A stretch of 64,000 nucleotides of DNA from Lama glama (lineage: Eukaryota). The number at the start of each line of letters is the position of its first letter. The first letter of the stretch is position 1. This document shows, piece by piece, positions 54,105 to 64,000 of this stretch. The stretch is taken from positions 95,172,001-95,236,000 of the forward strand of contig CM052817.1 of assembly GCA_028534125.1 (NCBI GenBank). Reading direction: 5' to 3'. The notes below the pieces were generated by a model that worked only from the letters and a program-made list of their open reading frames with translations, was not told the origin of the DNA and made no database searches. The position numbers and the translations under genes are program-made.

Positions 54105-54545
54105 TTTTTCTATTGTGGTGAAATACACATATTATGTTATTGACCATTTAAACCATTTTTAAGTGTACAGTTCTGTGGCATTGTGTACATTCAGATTGTT
54201 AAGCAACCATTACCACCATTCATTTCCAAAACTTTTTCATCTTCCTAAACTGAAACTACATATCCATGAGACAAAAACTCCCTCTCTCCTCTCTCCTCAG
54301 TCCCTAGCAACCACCATTCTACTTTCTAAGTCTATGAATTTGTATGTCCATACTCCACGTGTGTCATATATGTAGAATGACATAACAGTTGCTCTTTTGT
54401 GTCTGGCTGATTTCACTTTGCATAATGTTCTCAAGATTCATCCATGTTGTAGCTCGTGTCAGAGTTTCCTTCCTTTTTATGTACCATATTTTGTTTATTC
54501 ATTCATCTGCCAATGGACACTTGAGTTGCTTCCACCTTTTGGCTA
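54105..54545 (-). mobile_element. L1 3' fragment (L1MB-like)
   Basis: aaccatttttaagtgtacagttc.gtggcatt..caaccaccattctactttct..atggacacttgagttgcttccacctttt. Confidence 0.75.
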
Positions 54546-54583
54546 TCCGGCATTAAAATTTAAAAAGACTTTTCCCTATGTAC

Positions 54584-54715
54584 TTTTTTTTTTTTGAGGG
54601 TGGGCATAATTAGGTTTATTTATTTATATACCTTTAGAGGAGGTACAGGGAATTGAACCCAGGACCTCATGCATGCTAAACATGTGCTCTACTGCTTGAT
54701 CTGTATCCTCTCCCC
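54584..54715 (-). mobile_element. tRNA-derived SINE (vic-1-like)
   Basis: aattgaacccaggacctcatgcatgcta; TSD tttccc(t/c)atgta on both sides. Confidence 0.85.
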
Positions 54716-56392
54716 TTTCCCCATGTAGTTTTAATTCTATTTATTTGATTTATGGTAATGCTGAACACATACAGGCACACACACACACACACACAGACAC
54801 ACACATGTTTTCCCTCTTGATTAGTTGTTTGGATTTTAATTTTGCTTATGCTGAATTTTTGGAGAAAAACTTCATTGACCTTAATCAGTATTATATAAAA
54901 TCAATATAGGAATATATTAAGCCAAGAACATCTCATTTATGTTTGTATCCAGAGTGAAAACTTTTAATGTTAATTTTTTTTTTTTTTTGCAATTTGCCAC
55001 AGCTGCCTTTAGATGGCATTAGATCCTTGGGGATCTGTTGTGGAGATTTTTGAGATATTGCATGCATATGTGTATGTTTTGACAGCTTGATGGATTTAAA
55101 ATCTGATCCAAATGTTATTTGGGGCCTAGAATGCAGGAGAAATCAGTACAGAAACTGAACATCCTGAGGCCACATTCTGCCTATATTCTGACTATGTTCT
55201 GTCCTCTTGCTTTTTCCTAACAGGTCTTTGCCTTGGATTAGCTAGTTTTAGAACAAAAATCTTAAAAATGTTTTGAAGCTCAATGTGAGGTCCTAAGCAA
55301 AATAGAGACCACCCTCTCTCCCACACGTGGTAAAAGTTGGAGCTGAAAGGGGGTTCTCTCATGTACGTAAGAAATCCTTTACATTAATTTTTTTCTGAGT
55401 CAACATTTCAGACATCAGAATTTACAGATCTCCTTGGCCGAATGGAGGCGTAAACCAAACCTCTGGCAATGAAGGCTGTGAGGAGCTGTCACCTCAGTGA
55501 TTCTGATATTTGGATTTTGATGTGAAGCAATGGCATAGTCTCATTTTTGGCCACAATTTCCAAAGTCCATTTTGCTGAAAGATACTTAAAAAACAAATTC
55601 TCAAGCTGCTTTAGCACCCAGAAAAAAATGCTTTACTCTCTGGAAAAGTGAACCCTACTCTAACACATTTCACTTTGTTGGCATGGATTTGACGGAGGCC
55701 TCGGAGGTCAAGGGATTTGCCCAGGGTCTCAGCGATGGTGACTCTGTGGCTAGCCTCTCGTCCACTGTGTTGGAATCAGCTGGCTCCAAGATCTTTGTTT
55801 CGTCTCGCCACTAGACCACATTGTCTTCCAAGTGAAACCAACGTTCTGCTGAAAGCCGGAAGGAAACTCTTAACTCACTGGATTGTTTGCACAAAGATTT
55901 CTTTTAAGGCAAAGGGTGGGTGGAAATAATAATAGACTTTTCCATAAGCAAGTGACTTGGATCATCTCTACCTTTTGAACCATTAGCTCTTTCTTCAGAA
56001 AATTGTTGCTGAAAATGCAAAGCCTGTTTATAAAAAGCAACACCCTATATCATGTATGTGATAGTACTTTGAACCCTTTTAAAGGAAAAAAATGTGTTTC
56101 CATGATATCCAGGTTGGAGAGCTAACAAATTTTGAAAACCTGCTATGTATCAGGCGCCTCACATTTTTTATCTCAAATAATATTCACAATAACCCACAAT
56201 AACTTCATGATAAGTATGATTATCTCCATTTTATTGGTGTAGAACTGGAAGTTCAGACAGATTTTAAGAAAAACTTGTTCAAGTCCACATAATTAGTAAA
56301 TGACTGAACCAAGATCGTGGTCCAGTCCCATTGACTATATGGTGGCTATAGAAAAACAATCTATTTAGGTTTGAAACATATTTGATTGTGTC

Positions 56393-57738
56393 TGATACTG
56401 AGCAGGACCCTTGGCACCTCACCCTCTACCCCTGCCTCTTGTTTAACAGAAAAATGAAATCTCCCAGGTCTCCCTAAGCCATAGAAGAGCAGGCTGAAAA
56501 CAGTGGATTAGGACAAGCCTGCAGGCACTGGGGGATGGCAAGGACTCTGAACACCTATCTCAATGATTACCTGAGCTTACTCCCCCATTTCCCTTTAAAA
56601 CTTCCATAGCTGAGCAGAATCTTTGGAGATGATTTTGTGTGTGTGTGTGTGTGTGTGGTGGGTGGCGTTGGATCTACCAGATTTGAGGCATTCTGATTAA
56701 AAGCAACTTTCCTTTTTGTTACCAAGGCTGCTGCTCCCAGGATCATACCCCTGCCCCTCCCTTGAATAGAAACCAGTTAGTTTTATCTAAGTCTCAGGAG
56801 GCAGCTGCAAAGTAAAGAAACAAAAACTGGTTAGAACCAACTGAGCCCAAGATAGCAGAGGATTTGACTTCCAGTGGACCCTGAGCCTCATTACACCCTC
56901 ATTGTAATACATTAGCATGCTAAATGACAACCATGACAGTTGATGATTGCCATGACAACAACTGGAAAAGCCCATACACGGACTGAAAAGCCTGTACAAG
57001 GACTGATTGGTTCCATCACATCCGGAAGGAGGACATGATGGAAGAAGCCGCTCATAAAAATCCACATGGCCCAGCCACAGCGGAGCTCTCTCTACCAGTC
57101 GTCTTGGCTGATAGCTCCCAGCTCCAGTGCTTCCTGTCCTTTTCCTCTTTTGAGAAGTAAAGCAGCCATTCACTCTGTCCCTCTGCCTCTGCTGCAAATA
57201 CTTTCACAGTTGACAGCAAGGACCCCCACTTTGGTGGGCCTCTGAATTTAGGGGTCCCTCTACTTACTGAAACATGTCAATAGAAAAAAATGCACAACAT
57301 AAAAGCTGAGAATTATGCTTTATTCAACAGACGTACTGAAGGACTATAGCCCAGGATTGGCACCCTCACAGATAGCTCTGAAGAACTGTTCTAAAGAGGT
57401 AAGGGAGGAGCTAGGATATATAGGTGTTTCTGTTGCAAAAAAAACCCTCCAAAAAACGACAGAGTCAAAAACATCAAAAGATTACTACTAACCACAAAAA
57501 CCAGACATCAGAGTTAATGATTTTAGTGATTTTCTATCTATGGGAAGATGCAAGAATCTGGGGTCAGTGAAATTATTCCTCTGATGTTCATCTTAACTAT
57601 CTAGGACTGGTATCCTGTTTTTCTCCACCCTGAGTTCCCCTCAGGGTGCACCATCAGGAGCAGCTGCAGTGGCTGATGGCGTCATGGCCACAACATTTTT
57701 GTTTACTGAGGTGGTGGGGGCAGCATTCTTTGTCCACA
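56393..57738. mobile_element. Cluster of abutting ERV1-type LTRs; the last (57277-57738) is MER41-like, on the minus strand
   Basis: TG starts at 56393, 56718 and 57277; polyA-like signals (attaaa, agtaaa, reverse tttatt); TATA-like motifs. Confidence 0.55.
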
Positions 57739-60029
57739 GTTGCTTAGCCCAAATTGACATCTTTCAAATCTTTGTAAAATTCCCATACCTTTTCTCTTCT
57801 TAATAGTCTCTGATTACAATAAATGAATTTTAGATACATTTCACAAGTTTTCTTTTTCTAGCTATATCTTAACCATATTTGGCACCATTTTACAATTTTT
57901 TTCTGCTGAATTTGTAATTAGTTCATGTAGAGGTTTCAGGGATGTGGGGCTGATCAAGGGAAAAGATGACCAAGAAAGACACTAAAACACAAGCTTTATT
58001 GGATGGCATGAGAATAAGGATGCATGAGAAGGGATGTTTCTCGCAGCACATGGCCATTAAGAGGCTTACTAAAAGGAACCATCATCTAGAAGGGAAGTTA
58101 GGCAAGGGAACTCCCAGAGGAAGGAGAGAAGAGAGAGGGGACTTACTTGTAGTCTCTGGGTGAGAGATCTCCAAGGGAAGCATCAGCTTTGAGTCTTATT
58201 ACTGTGAGGCCCTGTCTTATCAGTAGGTAAGAGCTGTTGGGTGATGTTTTGGGGGTATGCAAACTAAGCAGGTACTAAGTGGCTAAAATGCTGATTGTTT
58301 AGGCTCTTTTAAAAATAATTGGATTGTAAAATTTGAGTTTGGTGCCAATGGCTTTTTGAGCTAATAGATCTCAGGCTGCACTGAAGAAATAAAGAGACTA
58401 GAGGCCAATACATGGAGGCTATCCTTGACTCATTTATATAACAATCTATCTCAAGGCACCAGAAGCACTTAATTGTTCTGGGAGCAGAGAATGTCTTCTT
58501 TCAATCACAGAAAGTTTATGATTCAACTAAACTCATAGTTTTATGACTTCAATGATAATACCCTCTATGGTTTTATTTACCTATATTTATATAAAGAATG
58601 ATATTCATGCTAAGTGGAAGTAGAGGATTCTACCTTCAAATATAATTTTAATTCAAAGATTCATATTATAATTTCTTATGATTAATTTCTTATTGTTACA
58701 TATTTTAAAATCACTTAGTAGCATGTTCAAATATTTCTGCCATCAGCTAGAACTACCTAAGGATTTATGCTTAACTGCTTTTTATTCATACATGTATGGA
58801 CTACATAAACATTGATGAGAAGTCTGATGAAACTCTAAACTCCCTTTCCATCTTGTAGATGCATATGTATTTGTCTTCAGTGTGTGAGGGCGATTCTTGT
58901 TTTGATATAAGTTACCAGCTTTTTGCAACTCAAAATACTTACAACCGGCCCATAAATTGACTATAAGCCTTCTCCTGTCTTGCTTCCCAGCCATGGCATT
59001 TGGCAGCTCCAGCCAGTCTCCTCTGCTGAGGCTTAACCAGGCACCAGCCTCTGTGACCTCAAACTCCAGGGGACACGTGACAAGCCTTCCAAAGAATTCT
59101 TAGTCACTATACACTATACTGGGGCCCTGGGTCTATGCAAATATGGTACTCTCTGCTCTCAAGATTTCCATGAAGGTAACCTCTTCTCAAATGAATCTCT
59201 TGGCTTATTTAGTGGATGCTGGATGTTGGACCAGCTTGGCTACCTCTAAGGTGATGTGTCTAGTTTCTCTCTTTGAATATATGGGCCCTTTTTCCACTGG
59301 CCTCAACTTTAAGGTCCCATCTGACACTCCAAGATTACCTGAAATATCCCGCTTGTCCTCTTATTACCTACATAGCAGATTATTTTCTGGTATTGAAGAA
59401 CCTACTTAGAAAGAACAAGGGGAAGGGAACTAACATTGTTGAGTATTTATTATATGACAAATACATTATATGAATTATGACATTCACTCTTCGTAACAAT
59501 CCTAACAAGTTGGTATCATTTTGTCCTTTTATTACTGAGTAAACTAAAGCTAGGAGATTTACCTGCAATCAAAGCAATGATTCAAACTCACATCTGTTTG
59601 ACTTGACATATGGGCATCGACATTATTAGCATTTAAAAATATACATCAATATGCATTTCCTATCCAAATAAGTCTAAGATGAAATTAAACCAATTAGAGA
59701 CTGAGAAATATCTGAGAAAGGCAACAAAACTTACAGAATAAATCGCTTTTCTTTTTACAATATCCATTTTTACCAACTTTAAGTCACGGTTATCTTGGAG
59801 AAACTTTATAGATTTATCACACAAAAGTAATATGAAAAAAAAAGAACGATTTGGTAACATGTTATTTGTTGAACTAGATAGTTTCTTATCATTGGTGAGC
59901 ACCTTATTTAGTGCAATGGATCTTAATTCTGCCCTTTACCTCCTTTATATAAAATAATCATACACATGTGTTCACTGTAAACCATAAATTGCAAAATTGT
60001 ATGTCTTGGGTTGTCTCCATTTTTAAGCT

Positions 60030-60840
60030 GCTTTTATTCAGATGTAACTGACATAGATAAACTGTGTATTTTAAAGTGTACACTTTGGTGAGTTTTGATC
60101 AGTTTTATACCCACAAACTCATCACCACAGTCAAGACAGTGAAAATATCCGTCACCCTCAAAAGGTTTCTTGTGCACCTTGATAATCTTTCTCTTGTCCC
60201 TCTCCCCCGCCCAATCACTGATCTGCTTTCTGTCACTACAGATTAGTTTATATTTTCTAAAATTCTAAGAAAATTGAAGCATTTACTATACACTCTTTTT
60301 GTCTGGCTTTCACTCAGCCTTTTGTTCTTCTAGGTTGTTGCATGTATCAACAATTCATTCCTTTTTATTACTGACTAGTCTCTCATTGTATAGATACAGT
60401 ACAATTTGTTTATCCCGTTCGCCTGTTGATGGACATTTGGATTGCTTCCAGTTTTTTATTTTGAAAAAATCTTCTGTGAACATCTGTCTTTGTATGAACA
60501 TATGCTTCCATTTCCCGTGGGTAAATCCTCAAGAGTGGAATGACTGGATCATAGGGCAGGTGTATGTTTAACTTAAGAAACTGTCAAACTGCTTTCCAAA
60601 GTGATTGTACCATTTCACATTCCACCAGCAGTCTATGAGTGTTCTAGTCTTCAAATTCTGGCCCACACTTGGAAGGGTCAGGCTTTTAAGTTTTAATCAT
60701 TCTAATAGGTGCATGGTGGTATCTCGTTGAAACTTTAATTTCCTTTTCCCTAATGACTAATGCCTAATGCTGTTGAGCATCTTTTCATATGCTTATTTGC
60801 CATCCACATCTGTTCAAGTCTTTTGCTCATTTAAAAAAAT
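60030..60840 (-). mobile_element. L1 3' fragment (L1MB/MC-like)
   Basis: ttgatggacatttggattgcttccagttt..aaactgctttccaaagtgattgtaccattt.acattc. Confidence 0.85.
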
Positions 60841-61323
60841 ATAATCATTGTTTTTCAAAAATAAAAAGGAGAAAATAATACTCGTTAGTATCTGCCAAAA
60901 AATTTGTTTGGAGGCCCCTTCCCCAAACCAGAACAGTAGGTATCTGTAGATATTAGAATTAAAGGAAAATTTAAATTTATAGATTATACATTTCTGCAAT
61001 GTTTGATTTTTTTTTTTTGCAATGAGCATGTATAACTTTTCTTATTAGGAAAAATGACTTATCTTTCTTTTTTCTGTAAATGTACATTTAAGATAATTTT
61101 TATACATTTGATCATTTGGTGAAGAGAATCAGTTGGAATAAGGAGAATTGAATTATTAACAGGTGAGTTTTAGAAAAAGATGAGAGGATGAGGAGGCTAC
61201 CCCGGGAGGAACTTTGGGAAAAGATGCCAAAGGAGGGGAATTAAGGGGAAATTATTCTGTGAAAGGGTGATAGAACCCTCTTCTTCAGATGCCCACGGAA
61301 ACATCTTTAAAATGGACATTATT

Positions 61324-61520
61324 ATTATTATTACTACTACTACTATTTTATTTTATTTTTATTTTTATTTTTATTTTTATTTATTTTTATTTTTATTTTT
61401 ATTTTTATTTTTATTTTTATTTTTATTTTTATTTTTATTTTTAACAGAGGTACTGGGGACTGAATCCAGAACCTCGTGCATGCTAAGCATGAGCTCTACC
61501 ACTAAGCTATTACCCTCCCC
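61324..61520 (-). mobile_element. tRNA-derived SINE (vic-1-like) with a microsatellite-expanded tail
   Basis: Head at 61441-61520; tail (ATT)n(ACT)n(TTTTTA)n; TSD taaaat(g/t)gacattatt at 61308-61323 and 61521-61536. Confidence 0.88.
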
Positions 61521-61739
61521 TAAAATTGACATTATTCATGAAACACTTTTTGGAGCCCAATGGTGTTTTCTGAGGATCTCCAGGTGGATATAGAGAAAAA
61601 GCAGGAGTGGGCACTTATGGCCCTTATGGCACTCTGCTTACAAAACTATTAGACAGAGGAGAGGACGTGGTGAAAGAGAAATGTAAAGCAAGTACAAAAT
61701 GTACTCTTGAATCACTTTTTAAATAGTTTAAACATTCTT

Positions 61740-62960
61740 TCTAAAAGACATTTTCAGAGCAATTTCAGATTTCCAATAAAATTGAGAGGGAGGATAAGAG
61801 ATTTTCCATAAATCGCCTCTCTTCACATATGCATAGCTTCCCCCCTTATCAACATCACTCACCAGAACGATACACATTTTCATCAGGGATGAGCCTACAC
61901 TGACACATTATAATCCTCTAAAGCCCACAGTTTACTTTAGGATTCACACTTAGTGTTGTCCTTTCTATGGTTTTGAACAAATGTACAATGAAACATATCG
62001 TATCTTACAGAGTATTTCACTGCTTTAAAAATCTTCTCCTCTCTGCCAGTTCATCTCTTCCCTCCTCCCCACCCCTCCACAACCACTAATAATTTTTTAT
62101 TGTCTCCATAGCTTTGCCTTTTGCAGAATGTCCTATAGTTGGAATCATGTAGTATGTAGTCTTTTTGATTGGCTTCTTTCACTTACTAACATACATTTAA
62201 GCTCCTTATGTTGTCTCAAGGCTCGATAACTCATTTCTTTTTACAACTGAATAATATTCCATTGTTTGATGTGTCTCAGTGTATTTATCCATTTGTATAC
62301 CAAAAGATATCCTGGTTCTTCTCAACTTTTGGCAATTATGAATAAAGCAGCTATAAACATCCATGTGTAGGCTTTTGTGTAGACATAAAATTTCAGTTCC
62401 TTGGAGTAAACATCAAGGAATGTTATTGCTGGATCTTATGGTAAGGGTATGTTTAATTTTGTAAAAAACCATCAAACTGTGTTCCGAAATGGTGCTACCA
62501 TTTTGCATTCCCACCAGCAATGTATGAGAGTTTCTATTGCTCCACATTCTTGCTAGCATTTGGTGTTGTCAGAGTTCTGAATTTTGGCCACTCCAATTGG
62601 CATGTAGGGGTATCTTGTTGTTGTTTTAATTTGCATTTCTCTGGTGACATATGATGTAAAGCATCTTTTTATATGCTTACTTACCATATTTTTACCTTCT
62701 ATGGTGAAGTGTCTGAAGGTCTTTGGGTCATTTCTTAATTGAGTTCTTTGTTTTCTTACTGCAGAGTTTTAAGGGTTCTTTGTATATTTTGGATAACAGT
62801 CCTTTATCAGATGTCTTTGAAAATGCTCTATCTTACTCTGAGGCTTATCTTCTCATTTTCTTGACATTGTCATTTGTAGAGCAGAAATTTTTAATTTTAA
62901 TAAAGTCCAGCTTGTTAATTATTTCTTTCATGGATCAGGTTTTTGGTGATGCATCTCCCT
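61740..62960 (-). mobile_element. L1 3' fragment including ORF2 end
   Basis: ttttgcattcccaccagcaatgtatgagagtt..tgtatattttggataacagtcctttatcagat. Confidence 0.85.
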
Positions 62961-63555
62961 TTTTTTTTTAACCTGTTAAAAAAAAATCCTCTTGACTAGT
63001 TCAAGTGAAAGAAGAGAGACAGCCTGTATCCATCAGCCTATATCCATAGAAAACATAGTCAAAAGGTCATTGAAAAGATTACAATGAAGAGACTACTTAC
63101 TGAGATGTGGTCAAGGTTAAGGGAAATAAAAGATGATGAACTAGCGGGAAACAGTTGCCAGCCCCAGACCTAACGGGGCCATGGGCATGGGCAGCTACTA
63201 TATGTTGAAGGAGAGGGGCTGCTGGACGGGAGTGCAGCTTTGAGTGGAGGACCCATCTGGAAGCCAGAAAGCAGGTAACCCATGATGTGTTCCACTCAGT
63301 CAGTTGCTAGAGGTTCAAAGATTCAAAGAAGAGCTGGGAAAGCTAGAGAGTGAATCTGGATGGGCACATTGAGGCTATCCTCACATAGACTTCCAACAAA
63401 ATCCTCCTCTTCCCATACGTTCACCCCTGAAACCACCCGCTTTCAGCTAGAAAGTCATAAAAAATGGCTTCAACCTAGAGACTGGTGATTCCCAATTCCT
63501 TTTGGCTCACAGACTCCAAAAAGCACCTATAAGCACCTTCATAAATTTACATACA

Positions 63556-64000
63556 ATCTAAATAGACCTTTCTCCAAAGAAGATGTATTGATGGCCAACA
63601 AGCACATGAAAAGAAGCTCAACATCATTAATTATTAGAGAAATGCAAATTAAAACCACAATGAGATACCACCTCACCCAGGTCAGAATGACCATCATCAA
63701 AAAGTCTATAAATAATAAATGCTGGAGACGGTGTGGGGAAAAGGGAGCCCTCATGCACTATTGGTGAGAATGTAAACTGGTGCAGTCACTATGTAGAACA
63801 TTATGGAGGTTTCTTAAAAACTAAAAATAGAGCTACCATTTGATCCAGCAGTCCTGCTCCTAGGCTTATATGGGAAAGACAAAACCTCTCATTCAAAAAG
63901 ATACATGCACCCTGATGTTCATAGCAGCTATTTACAACAGCCAAGACAAAGAAGCAACCTAAATGTCCACCGACAGAAGACAGATAAAGAAGATGTGGTG
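63556..64000 (+). mobile_element. L1 ORF2 C-terminal region (degenerate, runs off the window)
   Basis: gagaaatgcaaattaaaaccacaatgagataccacctcac..atacatgcaccctgatgttcatagcagc. Confidence 0.88.

Noticed and set aside
61267..61593. 108-aa ORF with FYFYFLFLFL repeat resembling a membrane segment
   Set aside because: It is the translation of the SINE-tail microsatellite.
1..64000. CRISPR array, operon or novel multi-gene system
   Set aside because: Eukaryotic intron/exon DNA with no repeat-spacer array, no intact transposase/RT ORF and no second gene found.

Overview
Mammalian genomic DNA, probably camelid: five tRNA-derived SINEs resemble the camelid vic-1-type family as I recall it, with no database search run. 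Bases 1-28634 carry the 5' half of the deubiquitinase gene OTUD4 on the minus strand. I mapped 15 coding exons by hand (14 complete, exon 15 cut off by the window edge; 1458 nt = 486 codons). All introns are GT-AG with consistent phases. The OTU catalytic residues D42/C45/H148 and the S202/S204 acidic phospho-motif are intact. A CpG-island promoter lies at about 28260-29600. The rest (about 30-64 kb) is gene-free upstream sequence dominated by L1, L2, MIR, LTR and DNA-transposon relics. I see no new multi-gene system. The best leads are splicing and translation control of OTUD4: an in-frame 36-nt candidate cassette exon, a 91-nt candidate poison exon, a candidate upstream non-coding first exon, and uORFs. 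Repeat family names come from visual recall, and repeat boundaries are approximate.
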